A DNA stretch of 64,000 nt from Nitrospirota bacterium (GCA_963818475.1 CAWFSF010000006.1:2048001-2112000); one strand, 5' to 3'; shown: positions 21,903 through 33,033, counted from the first letter of the stretch. Numbers and translations are program-made. The notes: generated from the sequence alone by a model not told the origin.

Positions 21903-23157
21903 ATGAGCATTCTGGCAATGATCCTTGCAGGCGGCAAGGGAGAACGGCTCCACCCCCTCACGATTCACCGGGCAAAACCGGCCGTGCCCTTTGGCGGCAT
22001 TTACCGCATCATTGATTTTACCCTGTCAAACTGCATCAACTCCGGCATCAGGAAGATCGCTGTGCTCCCCCAGTACAAATCCCTCTCCCTGGACAAGCAC
22101 CTCCGCATGGCCTGGAACTTCTTTTCCGGCGAACTGAACGAATTTATCATATCGGTGCCGCCCCAGCAACGCGTGGGTGACAAATGGTACCAGGGAACGG
22201 CCGATGCCATCTACCAGAACATCTATATGATCGAAAAGGATGCTCCGGACCACCTGCTGGTGCTCGCTGGCGACCACATTTACAAGATGGACTACGCGGA
22301 AATGTTCAAGTTCCATAAGGAACACCATGCCGATGCAACGGTCGCGGCCATCGAGATCCCCCGGCAGAGCGCCACCTCCTTCGGCGTCATTGAGGTCGTT
22401 GATGACTTCCGAATAGTAGGATTCGAGGAAAAGCCGCAGGGAACCGAAGCACATCCCGGGCCGCCCGGACACGGCCTTCGCGTCCATGGGCATCTACCTG
22501 TTCAATACGAAGACCCTCCTGGAATATTTGAAATCAGATGCGCTCCAGGATACGTCCCACGATTTCGGCAAGAACATCATCCCCCAGATGATGAAGACGT
22601 CACGCGTCTGCGCCTACAACTTTAAGGATGAGAACAAGAAAGAAGCGAAATACTGGCGCGATGTCGGCACCATCGACGCCTACTGGGAAGCGAACATGGA
22701 CCTGGTGAGCGTCGATCCGCAGTTGAACCTGTATGATGGAGCATGGCCCATCCGCACCTATCAGTCCCAGAATCCTCCGGCCAAGTTCGTCTTTGCCCAG
22801 GAAAAAAAAGGCGGCAGGCTCGGCATCGCGCTCGACTCGATCGTTTCGCATGGGTGCATCGTGAGCGGCGGCCGTGTGCAGAACTCGGTGCTGTCGCCGA
22901 ACGTGCGCGTGAACAGTTACAGCGAGGTACATGAGTCAATTCTCATGGAGAACGTGGACATCGGCAGACATTGCCGCATCCGGAAGGCCATCATTGACAA
23001 GGACGTGATCATCCCGCCGGAGACCGAGATCGGCTATGACCTTGAAGAGGACAGGAAGCGTTACCACGTGACGCCATCGGGCATCGTGGTCATTGCCAAA
23101 GGAACGGAATTGCCGGAGGAGGCGAGAGCATCAGCCATGGCGGAAGAGCGGATATAA
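21903..23157 (+). CDS. glgC: Glucose-1-phosphate adenylyltransferase (frameshift near 22440)
   Basis: [66 protein letters not shown]. Confidence 0.95.
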
Positions 23158-23185
23158 AGAAGGAAATCAGCACAAGGACGAATGC

Positions 23186-23221
23186 AAAAAAGGCGGATGG
23201 GCAAACCCATCCGCCTTTTTT
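23186..23221 (+). terminator. Bidirectional intrinsic terminator
   Basis: AAAAAAGGCGGATGGGCAAACCCATCCGCCTTTTTT. Confidence 0.85.
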
Positions 23222-23528
23222 GTATTCCGACAGGTTGTTTAAAAGCTTCGACACTCCAAAAAATGCACCCTAACGGTGCGACTGCTCATTTTAAAATCAA
23301 TGCGTTACTATTTGGAGCCACAGAACCATATACACAGAATACACAGAGCATAAACATCGCCATAAGCCTTTTATCTGCTACAGCCTCTTTCACGCCAAAT
23401 TCTGGCGACGATACCAGCTAAAACCAGGATAATAACTGATCAATGAGGTTTGATTAATTTCCATTATTGTGATATACAACACAGAGAAAATATCACTCAT
23501 CCGAAAGTACATGCCGGGGGGACAGATC

Positions 23529-24491
23529 ATGGAAAAAGTCTGGGAAATAAAAGATCCCGATCAGTATCTTCATCCTCAGAAAAAGAAGCGCATAACGAGG
23601 GAATTACCCCCTTCAAAAAATCCTGCCAGGGCTTACACCCTTTCACTGTTTTTCTGGGGAGGGGGGCAGAGTTATAACGAGCAACGGGGGAAAGGCCTGC
23701 TGTTTCAATTGTCCTTGATCATTTTTTGCTTAGGCATTGCTCTTTCTCTCATTTACTGGAAACCCCTTCTTGAATTTCTGCACTCCCATGGCCTATCGAA
23801 TGCTGACACTTTCCTCGGGACTGAAGTCCTGTTCTTTTTTATATTGATCTTCTGGATGTACAATGCCGGCGATGCATACCATATGGCGGCAAAAACGGGA
23901 AGAAAACCATTTAGGGGTGTCCACAGTCGTGTGTATCCCTTTCTCTGTTCTTTGCTCATTCCCGGCTGGGGACAGTTCCTGAACGGACAACCGATAAAAG
24001 GAAGTATTTTCTCAGGCTTCTCGATTCTCGGTCTTTTTTCACTCGTATCTATCCCGTCCGTTTTCGTGGCCTGGCCCTTCCTGGAGATATCAGAAACCCG
24101 TTTTGTCGTTGAGGAAATCCTGTTACTCACCGTGCTTTTTGCGCCGCTGATACCGTTCATATGGCTCTTCGGCAGCTATGATGCCCTGAAAGTCAGCCTC
24201 GATGACCTCAAGAAGGAACCGTTCTTCGAAAGGATCAAGTCTGCGAACAACCGCCGCCGAACGCAGGGATGGGTAAGGGGCGTCTTTCCTCAGATCAAGT
24301 CAACCGTCGTACTCGGGCTCGTCCTCATCTTCCTCTTGATCGCCGCTTACCACTATGTACCCGCACTCCTGAACTACTATCAAGATCAGCTGTCAGATAT
24401 TCAGGCAGGAATGCAGAAGCAGGGAATGACAATCCTGCCGGAGCTTATCAACAAGTTGCTTTCACTGATGGCATCAGGGAAATATCTCTAA
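23529..24491 (+). CDS. Hypothetical multi-pass membrane protein with duplicated motif
   Basis: Two copies of an S..(W/P)GxGQx(Y/L)NxQxxKG motif each followed by TM helices; RBS GGGGGGA before ATG 23529. Confidence 0.7.
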   Translation: MEKVWEIKDPDQYLHPQKKKRITRELPPSKNPARAYTLSLFFWGGGQSYNEQRGKGLLFQLSLIIFCLGIALSLIYWKPLLEFLHSHGLSNADTFLGTEVLFFFILIFWMYNAGDAYHMAAKTGRKPFRGVHSRVYPFLCSLLIPGWGQFLNGQPIKGSIFSGFSILGLFSLVSIPSVFVAWPFLEISETRFVVEEILLLTVLFAPLIPFIWLFGSYDALKVSLDDLKKEPFFERIKSANNRRRTQGWVRGVFPQIKSTVVLGLVLIFLLIAAYHYVPALLNYYQDQLSDIQAGMQKQGMTILPELINKLLSLMASGKYL

Positions 24492-24686
24492 CGCTTCCCC
24501 TGGATTCAATCATACAAAATAGATCGGTCCATGGATGAAACGCAGCCCCTGCTGCTGATGGTAACCAACGAGAAGTAACCGTTTTCCACAACCCCAAAAA
24601 CCCGGGGAATAATATCCTCACATCAATGCCGAGCATCTCAGCTTATGGCGCTCACAGGCGACTGAAAACGCAGACGTTGCCGCTGT

Positions 24687-25460
24687 TTATTTCCCCTTAT
24701 ACAGCCCGTCAAATGAATCTTCATCGATAACGCGTGAGATCCCACAGGCAGGACACTCAAGCAGCAGGGTCGGTAAATAGGTTTCTTCATCATACAACGT
24801 ATCATCCTCCCGCTCCTTCTGCGCCTGCGCAACCATTTCCTTGAATTTAGTATAGGTCATGGCACTATAGACGTGATTGCAGGAAGGGTTGCTGCAGGCG
24901 ACATTTGCGAGCAAAAATTCCCCACCGCTCTCTTTGGGAGCAACGAACATGCCGAAGCTTCTCGTCCGGGGGATCTTGGGGGGCACGGGAATGGTTTTCG
25001 GATTTCCGTGCTCGATGACCGTAAGGCATATTTCATATTTCCCGCGCGGCCTGCCCTTTACATAGCATCCGATCTGCAGGGACGGGGCATAGGGAGATCT
25101 CGACTTGAGCGTGCCGTACCAGTCCCCGCCGGGTTCGACCAGCAGGCGCTGTACCAGCACCCGGCCGCCCAGGTATGCGCGCTGGCCCCGGTCCTTCCAT
25201 ACTTTCAGTTCGAACAGTATGTAGGCCCAGAAATGGTCATGGGGCATCGGCTTGGGGCGCTTGTTCTGCGGGAGCAGGCTGAGGACCTGTTCATAGGTGA
25301 AGTGCGTGGATTTGCCGCATTTGTCGCAAGCGAGACGAAAGATATATTTCGGCTCGTAGCGCAGGCGATACTCAAAGCGTGCACGCGCTTCACTCACCGT
25401 AATATGATGAGGAGTATCGCTGCATCCAGGCGTACCGCAGGAAAGACAGGCTTCTGACAT
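24687..25460 (-). CDS. Hypothetical Cys-rich (Zn-finger-like) protein
   Basis: CLSC, CDKC, CSNPSC and CPAC motifs. The start is uncertain (ATG 25460 chosen). Confidence 0.55.
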   Translation of the reverse strand: MSEACLSCGTPGCSDTPHHITVSEARARFEYRLRYEPKYIFRLACDKCGKSTHFTYEQVLSLLPQNKRPKPMPHDHFWAYILFELKVWKDRGQRAYLGGRVLVQRLLVEPGGDWYGTLKSRSPYAPSLQIGCYVKGRPRGKYEICLTVIEHGNPKTIPVPPKIPRTRSFGMFVAPKESGGEFLLANVACSNPSCNHVYSAMTYTKFKEMVAQAQKEREDDTLYDEETYLPTLLLECPACGISRVIDEDSFDGLYKGK

Positions 25461-25634
25461 AGGTGAATCGAATCCCTCTATGAACGAATTATTGCAAAAG
25501 TATATTCTCTCTTCGCATTCTTTACAAGAACTTTGACGGTGTAATTTCAGGGTAATAGTGCGATCGCAGGATTTCCGGAGAAACCGGGGCAGGAGAAATG
25601 CGGAGTGCGAAATCATTCTTCATGGCGGACCATA

Positions 25635-26267
25635 TCACAGGACAAACTTCATGATCTCATCCAGCGGTTTCCTGCTTCGTGCAGACGGGTCTTCGTCAGG
25701 CAAGCCGACGGGAAGCAGTGCGGCGATGAACGTTTCCTTTCCATAGCCGAGAAGTTTCCCGAATGCCTCCTGCGCCACGAGCGGCCCGGTCATCCAGCAG
25801 GAGCCGTAGCCGAGAGCATGGACCGCCAGCAGTATATGCTCGATCGCCGCTGAAACGCTCTGGAGCCCGGGCATGGGCCTGAGCCGCTTGATATCCTCCG
25901 GAGCATAGCCCATTCTGGCGAGCAGCAGGTCCGTTCCTGCGTCATACCCTTCCATGCAGACCGCGATCACGATTGGCGCATGCTCGAAAAAAGTGTAGTA
26001 GGTGCTTTTGTACGCCGCAAGCCGCTGCGCCTGTTTCTCGCTCTCGGCATAAGGGATCATCGTATTGACCATCTCACGGACAGCTTCCGCCATCTTCCGC
26101 AGAAGCTCGCGGTCCTTGATCACGATGAACTTCCAGGGCTGTGTATTGTTCGCAGACGGCGCGAGCCTGCCTGCGTCAAGGATCTTCTTGATGTCCTCGT
26201 CCGGCACCGGGGTTTGCTTGAACCGGCGGATGCTTTTTCTTCCCTGGATGGCGTCAAATAGGTCCAT
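25635..26267 (-). CDS. Nitroreductase family protein
   Basis: RKSIRRF, APSANNTQPWKFIVI, ALGYGSCW, RKPLDE. Confidence 0.92.
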   Translation of the reverse strand: MDLFDAIQGRKSIRRFKQTPVPDEDIKKILDAGRLAPSANNTQPWKFIVIKDRELLRKMAEAVREMVNTMIPYAESEKQAQRLAAYKSTYYTFFEHAPIVIAVCMEGYDAGTDLLLARMGYAPEDIKRLRPMPGLQSVSAAIEHILLAVHALGYGSCWMTGPLVAQEAFGKLLGYGKETFIAALLPVGLPDEDPSARSRKPLDEIMKFVL

Positions 26268-26274
26268 AGATTAC

Positions 26275-26392
26275 AGCAAGCTCGAAATCACAAGCACTAA
26301 ATAACAAATAAATTCCAGGCTCCAATCGGCAAATTACAAACGTTTCGGAAATTGGCTGTTGGATATTGAGCTTTATTTGGGATTTGCAATAG
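26275..26392. repeat. Second copy of degenerate heptamer palindromic element
   Basis: AAATCAC-AAGCACT-AAATAAC-AAATAAA...AAATTAC-AAACGTTT...ATTGG...TTATTTGGGATTTG; same architecture as 18423-18560. Confidence 0.55.
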
Positions 26393-27421
26393 TTACACCA
26401 TCTCCGCCAGATCGCGGATCAGTTTCTCCGAATCCTTCCACCCCAGGCACGGGTCGGTGATGGACTTGCCGTACACATTCTCCGTCACCTTCTGGCTGCC
26501 TTCCTCGATGAAGCTCTCGATCATGAAGCCGCGGATCATGTCCTTGAGCAGCGTTGCATGCTGACGGCTCTGCATCACTTCTATGGCGATCCGGGGCTGT
26601 TCCTTGTACTTTTTGTTCGAGTTGGCGTGGTTCGTGTCCACGATGATGGCGGGATTGACAAGACCTCGCTTCTTATAGGCCTCGGCAGCGGTCATCAGGT
26701 CCTCGTAATGATAATTGGGGATGTTCGTGCCGTGATGGTCCACGGCGCCCCGCAGAATAATGTGCGTCAGAGGATTGCCCGAGGTCTTGACCTCCCAGCG
26801 GTTATAGCTGAAGATATGCGCTGCCTGGGAAGCCTGCACGGAATTGAACATTACCTCGAGGTCGCCCGAGGTCGGGTTCTTCATGCCCACAGGAATATCG
26901 AGGCCGCTGCAGGTAAGCCGGTGCGCCTGGTTCTCGACCGAGCGGGCGCCCACGGCAACATAGCTCAGCACATCCTCAAGGTAGGGATAGTTGCCGGGAT
27001 AAAGCATCTCGTCGGCAGCCGGGAGGTGCGATTCCCGGAGTGCCCGGAGATGCATCTTCCTGATGGCGTTCAGGCCTTCGACGATATTCGGTTCTTCCTG
27101 GAGGTTCGGCTGGTGGGCCATCCCCTTGTACCCGATCCCGGTGGTGCGCGGTTTGTTCGTATAGATCCGCGGGATCAAGAGGATTTTGTCCTTTACCTCC
27201 GCCTGGACCTTTGCCAGCCTGCCGATGTAGTCGCACACCGCCTCTTCATCGTGGGCAGAACAGGGGCCGATGATAAGGACGAACTTGCTGCTCTCCCCGG
27301 TAAAGACGGCGCGGATCTCGGCATCACGTTTCTTCTTGATCTCCTGCAGTTCCGGAGAGACCGGCATGGCCGCGATGATGTCTCCGGGATTCGGTATCTC
27401 ACGTGTATAGACGAAGCTCAT
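26393..27421 (-). CDS. 3-deoxy-7-phosphoheptulonate (DAHP) synthase, class I-alpha
   Basis: IIGPCSAH, RIYTNKPRTTG, VGARS, GMKNPTSG, DTNHANS, GKSITDPCLGW. Confidence 0.93.
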   Translation of the reverse strand: MSFVYTREIPNPGDIIAAMPVSPELQEIKKKRDAEIRAVFTGESSKFVLIIGPCSAHDEEAVCDYIGRLAKVQAEVKDKILLIPRIYTNKPRTTGIGYKGMAHQPNLQEEPNIVEGLNAIRKMHLRALRESHLPAADEMLYPGNYPYLEDVLSYVAVGARSVENQAHRLTCSGLDIPVGMKNPTSGDLEVMFNSVQASQAAHIFSYNRWEVKTSGNPLTHIILRGAVDHHGTNIPNYHYEDLMTAAEAYKKRGLVNPAIIVDTNHANSNKKYKEQPRIAIEVMQSRQHATLLKDMIRGFMIESFIEEGSQKVTENVYGKSITDPCLGWKDSEKLIRDLAEMV

Positions 27422-27590
27422 AGGAATGGTATCCCCTCCCGTTGGTTTCTTTTTCGCTGGCAGTATAAAAGCCGCATCCGGTTAAGTCAAGCCAAAAAGC
27501 GGTTCAGCATCCTACTCTGCGGCTGAGTGCAGAGGTCTCATACAAAAAACTTCTGGTGTTTTTCATAGTAATATTGTATAAAAACATGCC

Positions 27591-28571
27591 ATGGCAAAGA
27601 AACCTGCAAAGAAACCACTAGCGGCTAAAGGACGCTCCGGCGGAAAAGGCGGCAACCTCGACCGATGGATCATCGTCGGTATTATCGTCGCGCTCATCGC
27701 CATCGGGCTTTCCCTCTGGGGGCCGCTGCGCAAGTACCGGCCGAGCATAGAGAAAAAGGCCATCGAGCAAACAAAAAAGATTGAACCGGCAATGCTAAAG
27801 AAGCCGGCAGCAGAAAAAACAACAGAAAAAATTAAGAAAAAAGAGCACAAGGAAACTAGAACTGCCAAAAAACAGGAGAACCTTTTCGTTGTCAGGCCCG
27901 CAGAAAAGACGGCGTTCATCGCGATCGTGATCGACGATCTGGGCCAGGACCTGAGATCAGCGCAGGAGGTCCTTGCCCTGCCCGGCATGGTCACCGTTGC
28001 GGTCATGCCTGGCCTTCCCCATTCGAAGAAAACCGCAGAACTGGCAAGACAGGACAAGCACGAAGTGCTGCTCCACCTGCCCATGGAATACCGGGGCAAG
28101 AACGGAAAGCCTGCCTTGGGCATGCTGCGCTCCACCATGACGCCCATGGATCTTCTGAACGTGATCAGCGAGGACATAGATTCGGTGCCCGGCGCGATCG
28201 GCGTGAACAATCACGAGGGCTCGTCGCTTACGGAGAACCTGGAAGCCATGAAATTCCTGATGGCTGAGCTCAAGGCCCGCGACCTGATGTTCCTCGACAG
28301 CCTTACCAGCGCGAAGAGCGTGGCCTATGCCACGGCCAAAGAGTTCGGCATGAAGGCGGCAAAGCGCGATGTTTTTCTTGATAATGAAAGTGAGAATGCG
28401 GAATACATACGCAATCAGCTGAATGAACTGGCACGTGTTGCGAAAGAAAAAGGCCACGCCATCGGCATCGGGCACCCGCATCCAGCCACGATCAGCGAGC
28501 TCAAAAAATGGCTGGCTGATGCTGAAAAACAGGGCATCACGATCGTACCGGTGTCGAAGCTGATGCAGTGA
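27591..28571 (+). CDS. Divergent polysaccharide deacetylase (YibQ-like) with N-terminal TM
   Basis: IAIVIDDLG, LLHLPME, GVNNHEGS, FLDSLT, RDVFLDN, AIGIGHP. Confidence 0.9.
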   Translation: MAKKPAKKPLAAKGRSGGKGGNLDRWIIVGIIVALIAIGLSLWGPLRKYRPSIEKKAIEQTKKIEPAMLKKPAAEKTTEKIKKKEHKETRTAKKQENLFVVRPAEKTAFIAIVIDDLGQDLRSAQEVLALPGMVTVAVMPGLPHSKKTAELARQDKHEVLLHLPMEYRGKNGKPALGMLRSTMTPMDLLNVISEDIDSVPGAIGVNNHEGSSLTENLEAMKFLMAELKARDLMFLDSLTSAKSVAYATAKEFGMKAAKRDVFLDNESENAEYIRNQLNELARVAKEKGHAIGIGHPHPATISELKKWLADAEKQGITIVPVSKLMQ

Positions 28572-28700
28572 ATCAGGGGCCGGGAGTCCAGGGTTAAGGG
28601 TACAGAAATGAGGACGACAAGAATTTACAACGAGAGTTTCTTCCCTGAAACCTGACTCCCTGCACCCATTGCACCACCATCAAATCCATCCCTAAAACCT

Positions 28701-29706
28701 ATGCTCACCCTCGGAATAGAAACCTCCTGTGATGAAACCGCTGCTGCGGTGCTCAGGGACGATATCGTCCTCTCCTCCATCGTTGCGTCACAGGTCAAAC
28801 TGCATGAGAAATACGGCGGCGTCGTGCCCGAACTCGCCTCGCGCGAGCATCTGAAGAACATCATGCCCGTGATCCGCGAAGCGCTGACCCAGGCCTCGGT
28901 GCAGCTTGACGACATCGGCCTCGTGGCCGCCACCTACACGCCCGGCCTGATCGGCGCGCTCCTCGTGGGCGTGTCCACGGCCAAGGCGATCGCGTACGCG
29001 CAGAGAGTCCCCTTCATCGGCGTGCACCACGGCGAAGGGTCATATCCTCGCCGCCCACCTCGAATATCCCGGCATCGGCTACCCCTATCTGGCCTTGCTC
29101 GTCTCGGGCGGCCATACAGCCCTCTATCATGTCAAAGGCCTGGGCGACTACCGGCTGCTCGGTCAGACGCGGGACGATGCTGCAGGCGAGGCTTATGACA
29201 AGGTATCAAAACTGCTGAACCTCCCCTACCCCGGCGGCCCCGTGATCGACAAGCTCGCACAGGAGGGGAATCCCCTCGCCGTGAACTTCCCCCGAAGCAG
29301 GCAGGAGGGGTATGACTTCAGTTTCAGCGGGCTGAAGACCGCGGTCAGGAACCATGTCGCTCTTTTTAAGAGCAAGGACAAGGGAATCGACCCGGCCCTG
29401 AACATCAGGGATGTTGCCGCAAGCTTCCAGGCAGCGGTCGTGGACACGCTCGTGGAGAAGACGATGAAAGCCGCAGTCGATACCGGCGTGGACAAGATCG
29501 TGGTTGCTGGCGGGGTCGCAGCAAACAGTTCGCTCCGCAGCAGAATGAAGCAGGAGGCGGAGCAACGCGGCATGACGCTCTACCTCCCGGGCATGAACCT
29601 CTGCATCGATAATGCCGCCATGATCGCCCTCGCCGGATATCTCCACCACAGACGCGGCGAGACCTCAAGCCTGGACCTGAACCCACGCCCGACCATGCCG
29701 CTTTAG
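28701..29706 (+). CDS. tsaD: tRNA N6-adenosine threonylcarbamoyltransferase (frameshift near 29040)
   Basis: [65 protein letters not shown]. Confidence 0.95.
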
Positions 29707-29959
29707 TTGCTGCTTGCTTCGAGACTCCTGCGGAGCCAGCAAATTGGACGTTGCCCTCCTCGAAGCGTTGGGACCAGTCATCAGACTTTTGTCACCAAAA
29801 AGGTTTCTGAAGAAGCAGCATTACCTCTCAGCCGGCAATGATAAAGCATACAAAAATGCTCCTCTTTCCCACATACCTGCTGATGTGTTATACTTATTAC
29901 ATGAGAATAACTTTGGAAGGGAGCAGGCGGTCCATTGCTCCCCCATGAAGGAGGCGGTT

Positions 29960-30271
29960 ATGGCAACCATTAAGAACATAAAAAATAATCTTTGTGATGA
30001 CGTATATAGCGGGCTCTCAGACATGAAGGAAAAACTCGTTGTTTTGCGGAACGATCTCGCACGCACGTACGGCGGTGAGATGAATGTCTTCGGGCTTTTC
30101 GATCGGCACCTCCGCGAGCTTGTCGACCAGGTCGATTGGAAGCTCCAGATACTCTCGCATGCCTGCCCCTATGAGTGGACAGGCTCTGCCGAGTATGAAG
30201 AGAACACCGTTTCAGTAGGTCCTGCCGATAAAACATTGTCCGACTTTTCCGGCGGATATCTCGGCGGGTAA
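29960..30271 (+). CDS. Hypothetical protein (103 aa)
   Basis: RBS AAGGAGG before ATG 29960; helical ORF ending FSGGYLGG; followed by a terminator at about 30287-30328. Confidence 0.7.
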   Translation: MATIKNIKNNLCDDVYSGLSDMKEKLVVLRNDLARTYGGEMNVFGLFDRHLRELVDQVDWKLQILSHACPYEWTGSAEYEENTVSVGPADKTLSDFSGGYLGG

Positions 30272-30484
30272 AGGCTTGCAATGTCAGGGAGAGGCCGGCG
30301 GAGATGCATCCCACGGCCTCTTTTTTTTGGCTTGACGCGTGGAACGGCGGTATCTTTATTAAGATCTCTGCCACCATGAAGCAAAAAAAGATGCCGCCCT
30401 TTCGGGAGGCATCTTTCTGTTTAAACACCTAATCATCAACCTCGCGCAGACAATATGCTTCCGCCTGACGATCCGCCGCTCTCG

Positions 30485-30808
30485 TCACGCAGCTTTGAGT
30501 TCCCGTTCAGGGACCTTATCGCGGCCCGTAAGGATCGTCTCGGCTTGCACTATGTACCGCCACGTACACTCCGGATCGCTATCACAATTGTATTTCTCGA
30601 AAATGCGATCGACCACAAAGGCGGAATCAGCGCTCGCAGGGCTGATGAAAAGTTTCTTGATCTGCGCGATTTTTTCCGGCGGGACCGCCAGCATCCCGTG
30701 ATCATCGCGAAGATGAAGCGCCACCAACTCGGCAAGCAGCTCTTCTGTTTGCGCTTTCAAGACTTCGCTGCAATTCGGCATTACACTTGAGCATGGGAAT
30801 TCTTTCAT
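30485..30808 (-). CDS. DUF1059-like small metal-binding protein with C-terminal extension
   Basis: MKEFPC...C...A.TEELL...HLRDDHGM matches the DUF1059 pattern; RBS GGAGGTG. Confidence 0.7.
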   Translation of the reverse strand: MKEFPCSSVMPNCSEVLKAQTEELLAELVALHLRDDHGMLAVPPEKIAQIKKLFISPASADSAFVVDRIFEKYNCDSDPECTWRYIVQAETILTGRDKVPERELKAA

Positions 30809-31027
30809 CGTATTTCACCTCCCTTTTACATCTGCTGATGAGAACCGTTTCTATTCAAATTATATCATAGGCCACAAAAAGACCCTTGGGCTTCTTGGCC
30901 ATGCCGCCATGAATCCTGTTTTTACCCCTGAAAAGCCGAATTTCAAAGTTAAATCCTGATAATTGGATATTCTGTTCTTTGGTTTTTTGCAGAAAAACCT
31001 GATACCTTTGTTTTTTTTAAATAGTTC

Positions 31028-31055
31028 TTGCTTTTTCAATAGAATACTGTATTAT
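31028..31055 (+). promoter_or_regulatory. Candidate sigma70 promoter of first DEAD-box gene
   Basis: TTGCTT-N16-TATTAT, about 370 nt upstream of the ATG. Confidence 0.45.
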
Positions 31056-31424
31056 GCACCTCGACTGTTTAACATTGTGGCAGGATTTGACTGAAGTACA
31101 TCCACACGTCACCATCTTTCTGCCCTTCATATCATCGATCACTAACCCCCCTTGCTTTCAGCCTCCGCTCTGAAATTGCATCAGCATATATGGTTGGCGA
31201 ACGATGTAGTTATGCCGGTCATATTTGTGCTGGCGCCGTCTTCGCTCTCAGGGACACTTGTGTGCTCCTGCGGCCTGCACGCAAACCTCTTTGACCATCG
31301 GGTCACGGAAAGAAACAGACGCGCGAAATTTCTTTTGCACTGATCGTCACTGGATCGGCGCCTCAGGACTTTTGATTGATGCTTCTTCTTTTTGTGACAA
31401 CCATGGTCGCGTGAAAGGAACACT

Positions 31425-32855
31425 ATGCCTTTTTCAAAACTGCAGCTCAACGAACCGATCCTCAAAGCAATAAAATTGTGCGGCTATACCGCGCCCACGC
31501 CCATTCAGGAGAAGGCCATTCCCGAAGCAATGGCCGGCCATGACCTGATCGCAACGGCCCAGACCGGGACCGGCAAGACCGCGGCCTTTGTGCTGCCGGC
31601 GCTCATGCGATTGAGCGTGCCGTCAGCCTCGACCAAAAGATCAAAAGGCCCCCGCGTGCTCGTGCTCACGCCGACGCGCGAACTGGCGAACCAGATCACC
31701 ACCGCGGTCAGCACCTACGGCAAGTTCATGCGCATCCGGAGCGGCGCCATCCTGGGCGGCATGCCCTACTTCGAGCAGCAGCGCCTTCTGTCGCAGCCGG
31801 TCGACCTCATCGTGGCAACACCGGGACGGCTCATCGACCATCTGGAGCGCGGCCGCATCGATTTCTCGCGCGTTGAGCTCCTGGTCCTTGATGAAGCCGA
31901 CCGCATGCTCGACATGGGATTCAGCGAAGCCGTGGACCAGATCGCGGCAGCAACACCGGAAAATCGTCAGACCCTCATGTTCACCGCGACCATGGACAAC
32001 GCCATGGCAAAACTTGCCCAGCGTCTGCTCAACAACCCGGTCCGGGTGGAGATCGCCGGCAAGAAGACCACGCTGGAAGCCATCGAGCAGCGTCTTCATG
32101 CCGCCGATGACATGCAGCACAAGAACCGCTTATTGAAGCACCTGATCGCCGACAGCGGCATGACCCGGGCGATCATCTTCTCCGGCACCAAGCGGAATGC
32201 CGATCAGCTGGCCAATGAGCTCTCAGCCCAGGGGCACTCGGCAGCGGCGCTCCACGGCGACATGAACCAGAACGCCCGCAACCGGACCATCATGAAGATG
32301 AAAAACGGAAAGATCAGGCTGCTCGTGGCAACGGATGTGGCTGCGCGCGGCCTCGACGTCACCGGCATCACCCATGTGATCAATTACGACCTTCCGAAGA
32401 ATGCCGAGGATTATGTGCACCGCATCGGCCGTACCGGCCGGGCAGGCGCTACAGGCATCGCCATCTCCTTCGCTTCAGGCAAGGAAGTGGACGCGCTCCG
32501 CGCCATCGAGCGCTACATCGGCCAGACCATCCCCCAGCAGGTGATCACGGGACTGGAGCCGATGCGCACGCTTCGCCGCACCGGCAGCAGCAGCCCCTCG
32601 TCGCCGTCAGCAGGAAAGCGCTGGCAGGGTGCATCGGCCGGAAAGCGCTACGGGCAGAACACGTCAGCACGACCCTCCTTTGGTGCAAAACCGGCACGGA
32701 AGTCCTATGATGCCAAGCCGGCGTTCGGCGACCGGGACCGGAAGTCCTTCGATGCCAAACCTGCATTCAGCGACCGGAAGTGGAGCGCGAAAAAAGAAGG
32801 CGGCAAGACCGGAGATTTCAATTCCCGGCCGGCCCGCCCGTCCCGCTGGGCATAA
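31425..32855 (+). CDS. DEAD-box RNA helicase (RhlE-like)
   Basis: PTPIQ, AQTGTGKT, PTRELA, TPGRL, DEADRMLDMG, TAT, ARGLD, HRIGRTGR; basic C-terminal tail. Confidence 0.95.
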   Translation: MPFSKLQLNEPILKAIKLCGYTAPTPIQEKAIPEAMAGHDLIATAQTGTGKTAAFVLPALMRLSVPSASTKRSKGPRVLVLTPTRELANQITTAVSTYGKFMRIRSGAILGGMPYFEQQRLLSQPVDLIVATPGRLIDHLERGRIDFSRVELLVLDEADRMLDMGFSEAVDQIAAATPENRQTLMFTATMDNAMAKLAQRLLNNPVRVEIAGKKTTLEAIEQRLHAADDMQHKNRLLKHLIADSGMTRAIIFSGTKRNADQLANELSAQGHSAAALHGDMNQNARNRTIMKMKNGKIRLLVATDVAARGLDVTGITHVINYDLPKNAEDYVHRIGRTGRAGATGIAISFASGKEVDALRAIERYIGQTIPQQVITGLEPMRTLRRTGSSSPSSPSAGKRWQGASAGKRYGQNTSARPSFGAKPARKSYDAKPAFGDRDRKSFDAKPAFSDRKWSAKKEGGKTGDFNSRPARPSRWA

Positions 32856-32887
32856 GCTCCTCTTCAACCGAAGTCATTTTATTCATC

Positions 32888-32916
32888 AAGCGCCTCTTCA
32901 CGAGGCGCTTTTTTTA
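32888..32916 (+). terminator. Intrinsic terminator
   Basis: AAGCGCCTCTTCACGAGGCGCTT followed by a T run. Confidence 0.8.
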
Positions 32917-32950
32917 TTATTGAAAGAAGCCGAACACCTCTCCCATTATC

Positions 32951-33033
32951 AACCGCGAATACACACGAATACACGCTAATAATTTCTCTTTGGTTTTCCT
33001 GATTTGTGTTCATTAGCGTCCATTAGCGGTTCC
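32951..33033. repeat. Palindromic element with tandem decamer repeats
   Basis: AACCGCGAAT-ACACACGAAT-ACACGCTAAT...ATTTGTGTTC-ATTAGCGTCC-ATTAGCGGTT. Confidence 0.65.
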
